From assembly GCA_963823555.1 (NCBI GenBank), contig CAWGMA010000002.1, positions 160,001 through 224,000 of the forward strand: 64,000 bases of DNA, in the 5' to 3' direction. A program made the position numbers and the translations under genes. This DNA is from Candidatus Eiseniibacteriota bacterium (lineage in GTDB: Bacteria; Eisenbacteria; RBG-16-71-46; CAVPCR01). This document shows, piece after piece, positions 49,301-58,565 of this stretch (position 1 is the stretch's first letter; every line of letters starts with the position of its first letter). The notes below the pieces were generated by a model that was not told the DNA's origin, ran no database searches, and saw only the letters and a list, made by a program, of their open reading frames with translations.

Positions 49301-52300
49301 GCGGCAGCGGATAGCGATCGACGATTGCCCTGGAGGATCAGGTTGGCGAGGAGCCGCTGCTGCTCGTCGGCCTGCGGGATCGCGACCTTGTCGAGATCGA
49401 CCCAGTCCGGCTGCGGATCGCCGGCCGCGTTCCCGTAGAAGAGATCGTCGGAGCGGATGGGTGGCTGATGCCGTCGCGCTCCTGGCCGATCCAGGCCGGG
49501 TTCCCCTGGCGGGTGTAGACCACCGAGCGCGCGAGATCGTAGGTGAAGGCCACGGCCTGCCCACCGTTGACCCCGACGTCGCGGAGCGTGACCGCGGGAT
49601 TCGTGGTCGCGGTCGTGGCGTCGGAGTAGAGCGTGGCGAGACTCGTCGCGCCGGACAGCGTGTAGAGATCGGCGGCACCGTGGAACTGGATCGTCTCCCC
49701 GACGATGCCCACGCCCGGACCCGAGGCGGTGTCGACGAGGAGGTAGCGGTCCTCGAGCGTGCCGCCGGCTAGCGTGAGTCCGAGGAGCCCGGCCAGTTGC
49801 GCGTCGGGCCGCATGGCGATCAAGAGGCCGCCCGCGTCCGTCCAGTCGCTGAGCATCGTCACGTCCGCCGCGGCCGAGCGGCATCTCGCCGAGGATCACG
49901 ACGTCGTAGTCCGTGAGCACGGCCGGAGTGACGAGCGAGAGATCCATGGCCGTGAACTCGTTCAGGCCCTCGGCGCGCAGGATCTCGGCGAAGTAGCGGC
50001 TGAAGGGATTGGCGCCGGTGCTGATCACGAGGATGGGTCCGCCCGGGCCCTCGGTCGGCGGCGGGCCGGCCGTGGTGAAGGACCAGCTCACATCCGCGGC
50101 GAGCGGGTTCCCGGCCACGTCCTTGATGTGAGGAGGACTGGCTCCACCGCGCAGGATCGCGGTGTAGGTCGTTGCGTAGTCGAGCGGCGAGGTGGGGGTG
50201 AGGGTGGCGGTCCGCGTCGGGTTGTCCCAGCTCACCGTGGCGCCGACCGAAGCGCTCCCCGGATCCAGGAGCTCGAAGGTGGACGAGTTCACGGTGGCCG
50301 GGTCGAGGGGCTCGCTGAAGGTGGCCGTGGCGCTCGCACTCACTGCGACATTGGTCGCGCCCGGAGACGGCGACCGCGTGATCACCGTCGGTGGCGTGAC
50401 ATCGGGGCCGACCGAGGTCGCGAACACGAGATCCACCCAGTAGTTGCTCTTGTTGTAGCTCGAGGTGGGGAAGGCACTGGAGCCGTAAACATACACACCG
50501 TTGGGACCATCCTCACCATCGGCCAGGCCTTCGAGCGGGCCGTTCACCACCGCAGAGTTGAAGTAGGGGCTCGTATCGGCGAAGTAGAGCGGACTGTGAT
50601 AGGAGATGACATAGGTCGTGTTGGCGGCGATCGGGACCGGAGCGTCAAAGGCCTGTTCCTGCCAGCCGGACGCGGTCTCGCCAACGAACGTGACCTGGGA
50701 CAGAAGCACTCCCGAGCTCGACCACAAGCTCCCGATATGCTCGCCGGTGTTCAGTGCGCCCTTGTAGAAGCGGACACCGGTCACGTATCCGTCCACGCTC
50801 GAGCGGAACTTCATCCCGAGCTCGATGGGTTGGTTGTCTGTGACGTCGGTCTGCGCCGGCAGATCGGTCGGCTGGAACACGGTGCACGGGCAGTCGAAAC
50901 TCGCGACGATGAAGCTCCAGGTGTAATCGGCAGAGAGGGCGTTACCGGCCAGGTCCTTGATGCGGGGGTCGGTCGCGCCGCCCTTCAGGGTGGCCGTGTA
51001 CTCGGTGACCTCGGCGAGCGGCGCCGATGGAGTCAGGCTGGCGGTGCGCGTGTAGACGTTGTAGCTCACGGTCGCGGGGACGAGCGTGTTCGTCGCATCA
51101 CGGAGCTCGAAGGTCGAGGTGCTGACGCTGGTCGGGTTCAGCGCCTCGTTGAAGACGGCGCTCACGACCACGCCGGGCGAGACCCCGGTGGCGCCTGTTG
51201 TGGGCACGGTCGAGACGACCGCGGGCGGCGTCACATCGGGCACCGATGTGGTGAAGGACCAGACGTAGTCGGCGGCCAGGGGATTTCCAGCCAGGTCCTT
51301 GATGCGCGGATCGGTCGCGCCTCCCCTCAGCCGCGCCGTGTAGACGGTCGAGCTCTCGAGCGCGGTTCCTGGGGTGAGCGTCGCCGTACGGCTCGGGGCG
51401 TCGTACTCGACGGTCGCCAGCACCGGGTTGTCGAGCGGATCGCGGAGGTCGAAGGTGGCGCTGCCGACCGTCGCCGGATCGAGGGGCTCACTGAAGACGG
51501 CGCTCACGACCGTGTTGGTGGCAACCCCCGTGGCTCCGTTGCCGGGGCTCGTTGCCACCACCGTGGGCGGGGTCACGTCGGGCCCGCCGGGCAGCTCGAA
51601 GACGACATCCACCCAGTAGTTGCTGGCGGCATAGAGCCCGCCGGGGGCCTGGGTGGGGAAGGCTGGACCACTGGAGGAGTAGACAAAGACCCCGTTGCTT
51701 CCATCCTCGCCGTTGGCGAGGGCGCGGAGCGGTCCGCTCACCACCGGATTCGTGAAGTAGGCGTAGTCGACCGAGAAGTAGCCGGTCGGGGAGTAATAGG
51801 AGGCGACATAGGTGGTCCCGGTCGTGACGTCGACCGGCGTTGCGAACAGCACCTCCTGCCAGCCCGAAGCGCTCTCCCCCGTGAAGGTGGCCTGTCCGAG
51901 GAGAACGCCCGTGCTCGACCACAGGCTCCCGACATGCGTGCCGGTGTTCGAGACACCCTTGTAGAAGCGGATGCCGGAAATCGTGCCGTCGGTCGTGACC
52001 TGGAACTTGACTCCGAGCTCGAGTGCCTGGCTGTCCGTGACATTGGGATACACGGGAGTCGCCGTGGGGGGGAAGATGGTGTAAGGCCCCGAGGGCGAAG
52101 CCTCGGTCACGGTCACGGTGACGGCATTCGGCGCTGGCGCGCTCGCGGCAACCTCGAGGTTCCCGAGGTCGTCGAAGGCGCGGCTCTTGATCGTGACGCT
52201 GCCGGTGGCGCCGGGAACCCAGACCAGGCTCCAGCTCGTCGTACCGGTGGCGCGCTGCCAGGTGACGCCGTCGTCCACCGAGATCTCGACTCCGGCGACA

Positions 52301-54003
52301 ATGCCATCGATCTCGGTCGCGGTGCCGGTGATGGTGACCGGAGTGCCGCTCGGGAGCGAGGCTCCGGGCGCGGGGAAGCCGATCGTCGATGTGGGGGCGG
52401 TGAGGTCGGCCGCGCCGGTCGCCGGCACGAGATCGCCCTGCGGCGTTGCGGGCTGGGCATTCATGTCGGCAAAGAGATTCAACGTCGCCTGCTGCATGGC
52501 GAGGCTCGGCGGATCGCTCCCCCGATCGTGAGTGCCATCGAGACCCCACGACCACTGCACGGTGCCAGCGCCGAAGACGAGGGCGCCGCTCGTGTGCCGA
52601 TAGAGCGAGAGATGGTGCGTGTGGTTGTTGTAGACGGTGGTCGAAAGATGCACGCGTCCCGGCGGGTAGTGCTCTCCGTACTGCTCGAAGTCCCACTCGT
52701 AGCCGAGGGTGCCGGGAGTGAGCGTGAGGCTCTGGCCGGATGGTAGGGTGGCGACCGCCGTGTTCCGCCAGAAGCGAAGGTTCCCGTAGGTGTCCGGAAC
52801 CACGATCGTGCTCGTCGTCCCGTCCCAGCTGATCTGCCCGGAGAGTGCGTTCTCGGGGTTGCAGCCGTCGGCCGGCGGTGTGAAGACGCAGCCGTCCCGC
52901 CACAGGCCGGTCCAGACGTCGGGGAGGGGATCGCACTTGCCGCCGCAGGAGTTCTCGCCGAGAGTGCCCTCCTTGTAGCAGACGAGGGTGCGGTGGGGCG
53001 TGTTGTTGCCGTCGATCGAGTTCTCCCAGCGGGTCTTCCAGTAGACCTCGTTGCCGCTAAAGAAGGCGAGGTGAACGCCCGCACCGCGCGCCGCCTCGAA
53101 CTTGGCGCGCTCGGCCGCCGACCAGTACTCGTCATGGCCCACGGAGAGGATGATCTTGTGGGTTGAGGGTGTGATCGGCGTCGAATCGCGGTCCATATCC
53201 AGGTCGGTCGTGTAGCTCACGTCGTAGCCGTTCCGCTCGAGCCAGCGCACCATCGGATATTCGGCGTTGAAGAGCCAGTCCTCCGCGGCGCCGCCCCCGC
53301 CGCCCCCGGCGCGCGTGACGAACGGCCGGTTGTAGCTCACCTTGGTGGCATGGCCGCTGGGATAGGACGTGGAACCGACGTAGAGGCTGTTGCCGCCGTA
53401 GACGTTGTAGGCCTGCCAGGTGGCGTCGGCGGTCTTGAAGAGGAGGTCCGCTGGGACACCATCCTTGCGCACGATGAAGACGATGTGGCTCGCCCCACCA
53501 TCGGCGACCCGGACGAGGCGGGCGATGTAGATGCCGGAGATAGCGGTGGTCGGCACGGTCCACGATGCGGAGACACTCCAGTTCCCGCAGTCCACGAGGC
53601 CGTTCGGGGCGTCGGTGATGGGGGCGGGCTGCACCGTACCGGTGAAGGGGATTGCCGTGCCCAGGCTATCGACGAGGCGCGCGCCGTTCCCCTGGTACCA
53701 GCCGAGGCGGTAGATCCGGATCCGGTAGTCCGCGCCATCCGTGACGTTGATCTTGAAGTCGATGGTCTCGCCGCGATTGACGCTGATGTCCGTGGCAAAG
53801 CCCTGGATGCGAGAGTCGCCGGCTCCGTTCACGTCCCATTCCGAAGGCGGCCGTCCCGGGAGCACATTCTCATCCGAGATCTCGTTCGCACGGACGGGGG
53901 CCGCGGCGATCAGGAAGAAGCCGGCGACAAGCGCCAGGGCGGTCAGCGCGGGGGTCGGCCCATCGGTTCGCGAGCGCCTGGCGGCCAGTGCAAAGCGCCT
54001 CAT
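43391..54003 (-). CDS. Giant (about 3,500 aa) secreted multidomain protein: DMFase-beta-like, Ig, 2x DUF4082, 3x Big_5, deacetylase-like, 3x (FN3 + ConA-like), dockerin-like, cohesin-like, FlgD/T9SS-like CTD; multiple frameshifts in 48780-49880
   Basis: ORFs 49234-54003, 49338-49862, the start of 47985-49259 and 43391-48778 join into one continuous protein-like reading. Motifs TWQAYN.YGG.SLY, SVGHDEYWS, ELG.KF...G.RFYKG, NYWVD.VF, VMTGDDH, PNPFNP. Confidence 0.8.
44700..48302 (-). repeat. Three tandem coding repeats of about 1.2 kb (about 400 aa)
   Basis: Each unit: PP.I..I.AT..G..ATITW.T.E.A.SRVDYGT, CF.DD...DF..G..G..TYVA.T.DGEVIL.PT.G, HR.RI.W, W.R..PYA..GTF.SR, VRTG...., RYIQYQA.L. Confidence 0.9.
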
Positions 54004-54051
54004 GAAAGTCTCCTCGAATTCACCGCGAGAAGCGGCAACGACCTGCTCCTA

Positions 54052-54915
54052 TCAGTGCATGCGAACGAACTTCTGGATCAGGGGATGGCTGCCTGCGCGG
54101 AGCTCGACCCAGTAGATGCCGAGCGGGAGGCGGGTTCCATCCTCTGCGGTCAGGTTCCAGCGCAACGAACCGGAGGTCACGCCCGCGAGCGGGTGCTCGA
54201 AGCGGAGGCGCCCTGCGGCGTCGAAGACGAGAATCGAAGCCGCCCCGTCCGGGTGCTCCCAGTCGAGGCGGAGAAAATCGGAAGCCGGGTTCGGCCTGAG
54301 GAGGAGGCGAGTGGCGGAAGGTGCCATTGCCTCACCCACGCTCGTCTGCGAGCAATCGGTACAGATTCGGGCGCGGCCGTCGGTGAAGGTGGTGCCAGGG
54401 ATGAGCATTCGATTGACGTCGAGCACGTAGCTTTGACGCAGAGGTGGTGGCAAGGCCCTGTTCTCGGTGATGTCGATCGCAAGCTGGATCGGCTCGCTGC
54501 AATCCGTGACCTGGAACTCGAGGCTCGCGAGCTCCCCAGGTCCCAGTACATAGGTTCCCGCTCCGATCAGGCAATCGGCCACGGCTGTTGTGTCAGCGTC
54601 CCGCTGCGTCCACGAGAAGAACGTGGGGAAACCCGAACTTCGGAAGAGCGATCCCTCCGCCACCGATAGGAGCGCGAGACGGCTGCGATCGTATGTTATG
54701 AAGAGCTGGTAGCAGGCCAGCGACTCCGGCCCCGCATCGACCCAGACCGAGGCGGTGAAGGTGTCCCCTGTATTCTCCGTGCAGTAGGGTTCGCCATCGA
54801 AGTAGACGTTGGGCTGAGCGACGGCATTGCCCATGCCGAACAGCATGGCGCCCAGGGCGACCAGCAGCGTGATCGGGGCAGATGGACGGATGGTCCGACC
54901 AGGGAGAGAGAGCAT
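54052..54915 (-). CDS. Secreted cohesin-like domain protein with T9SS-like CTD
   Basis: AGGAGG RBS and signal peptide; GDTFTASVWVD...LACYQLFITYD...L.L.SV.EGSLF...GPGELASLEF; ends LRPNPAS...GIYWVEL...QKFV. Confidence 0.8.
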   Translation of the reverse strand: MLSLPGRTIRPSAPITLLVALGAMLFGMGNAVAQPNVYFDGEPYCTENTGDTFTASVWVDAGPESLACYQLFITYDRSRLALLSVAEGSLFRSSGFPTFFSWTQRDADTTAVADCLIGAGTYVLGPGELASLEFQVTDCSEPIQLAIDITENRALPPPLRQSYVLDVNRMLIPGTTFTDGRARICTDCSQTSVGEAMAPSATRLLLRPNPASDFLRLDWEHPDGAASILVFDAAGRLRFEHPLAGVTSGSLRWNLTAEDGTRLPLGIYWVELRAGSHPLIQKFVRMH

Positions 54916-54932
54916 TTTCCTCCTCGCGGATC

Positions 54933-54965
54933 GTTCCGGGGCCCCGCTCTGGGGGGCCCCGGAAC
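54933..54965. terminator. Intra-cluster hairpin
   Basis: GTTCCGGGGCCCC-GCTCTGG-GGGGCCCCGGAAC. Confidence 0.55.
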
Positions 54966-55013
54966 CGTCTTGTCTCCATGCGGATCTCGATTCCGATCCG
55001 CATGCTCCCGCGT

Positions 55014-57248
55014 CTACTTGAGGAGGTTCATCCTCTCCTTGGCCCGGAAGTCTCCGGCCGCCAGCTCGTAGAAGTAGACCCCGCTCGCCACGGTGCCTCC
55101 GTTCGCATCGGTGCCGTTCCATTCGACGCGGTGAGCGCCGGCAGGAAGGTTGCCGTTGACGAGAGTGCGCACCAGGCGCCCGGTGATGTCATAGATGTCG
55201 AGCCTAACCGCACCCTCGACCGGAAGGTCGAAGGCCAACGTGGTCGACGGGTTGAACGGGTTCGGCTGGGCTTCGTAGAGCCGGTACGCCGCCGGGAGCT
55301 CCGTGGCCGCGTCCGGCGTCGCGTGGCTCTCGAAGGCGTGATCATGGCGCGAAGCGAGAAGCTCCTGGTTCCCGGTGTCACGCACCTTCGATTCGGTGAG
55401 CGCCAGCGGCGAGGAGGTGTCAGTGAGCATCCGGAACTCGAGCGTGACGACCTCGCCCTCGCCGCTCATGGCCGCGCCAGTCCCGAGGAGCGCGAGACCG
55501 AGCTCGACACTGCCTGCTCGACGGATGGTCTTGAGGAAGTGCTGGTAGGAGCCGTTGGCGATGGCCTGGCTCACCTCCGCCCGCTCGAACGTCATCCGCG
55601 TGGGATCGAAGGTCACGATGGTGGTGATACCCTGCACATTCGCCACGGCACCCTGGAGCAGGAGCGGAACGCGCACGAGCTTCCCATCCCGCTCGGCCGC
55701 GGGCACCTGGCCCAGGGCGAGGCGAATGGGTCCCGAGCCCTCCTTGCCGAGAGCGACCGGGTTCGAGTGGAGCGGGGCCACTGTGTCGTAGTTGATGGCG
55801 AGAACGATCAGGTCCTCGAAGTCCACGATGCCGTCGGGCCTCGGCACGCCAAGCGGGTCGTAGTTGGGCATCACCGTCGGGGCGAAGTCGGCCTCGGGGT
55901 TTCCAGGTGTGGGGGTCGAGAGCCCGTACTGACCGGAAAGCTGAGCCAAATCCTCAAAGTTGACGTTTCCATCATAGGGTCCGCCGAACCCATAGGGTTC
56001 TTGACTGTCTTCAAGGTCCCCCAGCCAGTAGTTGCTCGCGGCGTCGGTGGCATCGGTTGTGATCTCGGTAATGAAGTCCTCGCTGAGATTCGTCTTCCCG
56101 CTACCACCAAGCTCCCCGCCGCAGCTCTTGACGAAGGCGCGATAGAGGAAGACGTCGCGTTGCCCGAAGGTGCCGTTCCCCAGGGGCTCGTCGATGTATG
56201 TCGTTCCGGTGCCCTGGTAGACCACGGTGCCGTCCGAGGTCGAGGTCGGGTAGGCGGCATCGATCCCGGTGGTGAATGGATAGCCAGTCACCGACTTCCG
56301 CACGATCCAGACTTCCTCGCCGCCGGTGAGGGTTGGCGTGGTCCAGCTGAGGGTGACCTTGTTGTTCCCGGGCGCGGCGTTGAGGCTCGTGACCTGGACG
56401 GTCGGGGCGTCCGGGTTGTAGCTGAAGTGGACGCTGTCGGCCAGGGCACAAGTGCCCGCGTTTCCCGCTTCATCAATGGCGCGCACGTAGATCGCGTAGG
56501 TTCCTGCGCTTGCTGGAGCGGCGCCTGGTGTATGCGGGCCGCTTGGTCCCCATGGGGATCCAGTCAGGGCGACACTCGCCAGAGTGGTCCAGCCGCCCTC
56601 GACGCATGGGTCCCCAGCGGACTGGTACTGGTACTGGAGCTCGACCACCTGGCCGAAGGTTGGCCCTTCGGTCCCCGACACGGTCACCGTGGGTGCCGAG
56701 TTGAAGCACACATCGGTGGAGGTCACGTCCGTCACTTCGGGAGCGGTGCAGTCGATGTTGACCGTGCCATCGGTGGCGCTGGCCGAGAGGTCAACATTGT
56801 CGGGGTCGCGAACTTTGAGCCCGGTGAGAGCAATGGTGGTCGTGCCCTCGCCTACGGGGTCGCCGACGAGACTGAAGAGGGTCCCGGAGCCGGACACGCC
56901 GGCGGTGGATCCGAGGATCGTGCAGGCAATGCTGTAGTTTCCTTCGCTGAGCCGGCGATAGACGAAGGTGGCGCCGGGGAGGAAGTTCCCGGCCCTGATG
57001 CCGTAGCTGGCCGTGTCTGGAAGCGCCAGCTTGGTCTCGTCGATCGCTACCTTGACCTCGTATCCGCGGATGACAAGCCCGTTGGTATTGATGTCGACGC
57101 TCAGGGTCAGGCTCGAGTCGTCGCACTTGGCGAGGCTCGTGCTCGGGCTGACGCTGACTTGTGCAGTCTGAGCCACCGCCAGCGCTGGGACCAGGAACAC
57201 CAGGATGAAGAACAGAGGTGCGATGAGCTTCCTACTCGACGATGGCAT
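55014..57248 (-). CDS. Secreted cohesin-Ig-FN3-dockerin-cohesin-FlgD protein (scaffoldin-like)
   Basis: AAGGAGG RBS and signal peptide; cohesin 1 (RGYEVKVAID...SGSGTLFSL); dockerin-like LGD...DGNVNFEDL...AD...DGIVDFEDL; cohesin 2 (VTFDP...SGEGEVVTLEF); AQPNPFNP CTD. Confidence 0.82.
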   Translation of the reverse strand: MPSSSRKLIAPLFFILVFLVPALAVAQTAQVSVSPSTSLAKCDDSSLTLSVDINTNGLVIRGYEVKVAIDETKLALPDTASYGIRAGNFLPGATFVYRRLSEGNYSIACTILGSTAGVSGSGTLFSLVGDPVGEGTTTIALTGLKVRDPDNVDLSASATDGTVNIDCTAPEVTDVTSTDVCFNSAPTVTVSGTEGPTFGQVVELQYQYQSAGDPCVEGGWTTLASVALTGSPWGPSGPHTPGAAPASAGTYAIYVRAIDEAGNAGTCALADSVHFSYNPDAPTVQVTSLNAAPGNNKVTLSWTTPTLTGGEEVWIVRKSVTGYPFTTGIDAAYPTSTSDGTVVYQGTGTTYIDEPLGNGTFGQRDVFLYRAFVKSCGGELGGSGKTNLSEDFITEITTDATDAASNYWLGDLEDSQEPYGFGGPYDGNVNFEDLAQLSGQYGLSTPTPGNPEADFAPTVMPNYDPLGVPRPDGIVDFEDLIVLAINYDTVAPLHSNPVALGKEGSGPIRLALGQVPAAERDGKLVRVPLLLQGAVANVQGITTIVTFDPTRMTFERAEVSQAIANGSYQHFLKTIRRAGSVELGLALLGTGAAMSGEGEVVTLEFRMLTDTSSPLALTESKVRDTGNQELLASRHDHAFESHATPDAATELPAAYRLYEAQPNPFNPSTTLAFDLPVEGAVRLDIYDITGRLVRTLVNGNLPAGAHRVEWNGTDANGGTVASGVYFYELAAGDFRAKERMNLLK

Positions 57249-57543
57249 CAGAGCCTCCTTTGCGTCGAAGGTGAAGAGCCGGCCGGCGCGTTCCCGTTCC
57301 CCGGGTGTAGGGGCCGGCGATTGAATGTCAGCTCGGACTGGAGAGGTTGCGGCGTCTGTGGAGTTTCGAGACCGGTCGGCCATTGTGGTTCCCATGTTGT
57401 GTTGCCGTGATGATCCGGACTGCCGCCGCTGGTGGAGGCGACGGCAAGCCGCTGGCACGAAGACGTTGCGGGAATGATTGGGGTATCAAGGCGGCCAAGG
57501 GGACCTCCCTATCCTGCGGCTCGGAGCGGCCTAGAGCGATGTC

Positions 57544-57572
57544 ATTCTAGCAGTCGAGGGAATGACGATAAA
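57544..57572 (-). promoter_or_regulatory. Possible sigma70 extended -10 promoter for the cohesin cluster
   Basis: Minus strand TTTATC-N17-TAGAAT with TGn before the -10. Confidence 0.4.
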
Positions 57573-57610
57573 GTCCAATCACACTCCTAGGTGAGAATCA
57601 ATTGATGGGG

Positions 57611-57635
57611 TAAGTCGTTGACTCGTAGCGGATTG
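57611..57635. promoter_or_regulatory. 25-bp double IHF-like motif
   Basis: TAA-GTCG-TTG-ACTCG-TAG-CGGA-TTG. Confidence 0.55.
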
Positions 57636-57667
57636 GTCGATGGGCTACGGACGGCCGCGACCGGTTC

Positions 57668-58537
57668 CTACGGGGCGAGCGTAAGTCGTTGGCTCCATTG
57701 CTGGTTGTTGACCCGGAGGGTCGCGAAGTACACGCCCTCCGCCGCCCGCCTTCCGCACGCGCTCATCCCGTCCCAGACGACGGCATGCGCCCCGGCAGGG
57801 AGGTCGCCGGCCACGAGCGTGCGCACGAGCCGCCCGCTCACATCATGGAGCGAGAGCCGCACCGGCCCTGCCACAGCCATTTCGAAGGGGATGGTCGTCG
57901 CCCCGGCAAACGGGTTCGGGAACGCAGGCATCATGCGCACCGCGATGGGTGCCGTCGCCCCCGGCTCGATCCCGGTGACCGGCGCCACCGGTTGCTGGAT
58001 GGCGTAGATGAAGTCGCCGATCGGATTGTTGTTGCTGTTGGCGGCATTCCCGGCGACATAGAAGACCACCGGGCCCTCGTCCGGCGCCGTCCAGTCGAAC
58101 TGCCAGGTGACCGGGCCATCGGGGGTGTTGTCATAGGTGCCGTCTTCGGTCTGCTTGAGATAGTCGGCGTCGGTCCCCGCATTGTCCGAGAGCTGCGTGT
58201 TCAAGAAGTCGGTGACGATGAGCGTTCCTGCCTGCTCGCCGGTCACTGCATCCTGCGCTGCCAGCTCGAAGCCCCAGCGGCGCTGGCCGGGGTCGCGGAG
58301 CTCGATGCGAAGCGTGTAGGTTTGGTTCGGCACGTACCCCCCGATCGGAACATCGAGGAGCGCCAGCGCCCCGTCCCCTGCGCCTCCCACCTGATGGCAA
58401 GCGGTGCAGGTTTCGAAGAAGGGCGGGCCGCCCGCATAGCCGTCGGGCGGGCCGCCCGCATAGGCGTGTGCGGCTGCCGGCAGGCCGAGGACCAGGAGGA
58501 GGGCGAGGATGCTGTGGAGCAGGGTTGAGTTCACCAT
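57668..58537 (-). CDS. Secreted Reeler/choice-of-anchor V-like protein with CxxCH and FlgD-like CTD
   Basis: Signal peptide; GGPP.G..G.P...TCTACH, YVP..TY, GFEL, W.F.WTAP, FY.AGNAAN...GD.IY; AFPNPF...VWDG...GVYF. Confidence 0.82.
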   Translation of the reverse strand: MVNSTLLHSILALLLVLGLPAAAHAYAGGPPDGYAGGPPFFETCTACHQVGGAGDGALALLDVPIGGYVPNQTYTLRIELRDPGQRRWGFELAAQDAVTGEQAGTLIVTDFLNTQLSDNAGTDADYLKQTEDGTYDNTPDGPVTWQFDWTAPDEGPVVFYVAGNAANSNNNPIGDFIYAIQQPVAPVTGIEPGATAPIAVRMMPAFPNPFAGATTIPFEMAVAGPVRLSLHDVSGRLVRTLVAGDLPAGAHAVVWDGMSACGRRAAEGVYFATLRVNNQQWSQRLTLAP

Positions 58538-58565
58538 TGCGAGATTGTAGCACGGAGAGGCGGGA

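Noticed and set aside
48780..49880. Programmed frameshifting or phase variation in the giant gene
   Set aside because: Too many shifts, no slippery sites or SSR tracts; sequencing error is more parsimonious.
57455..57470. TGGCACG...TTGC sigma54-like site on the plus strand
   Set aside because: GG-GC spacing is 12 rather than 10, and there is no plus-strand gene downstream.
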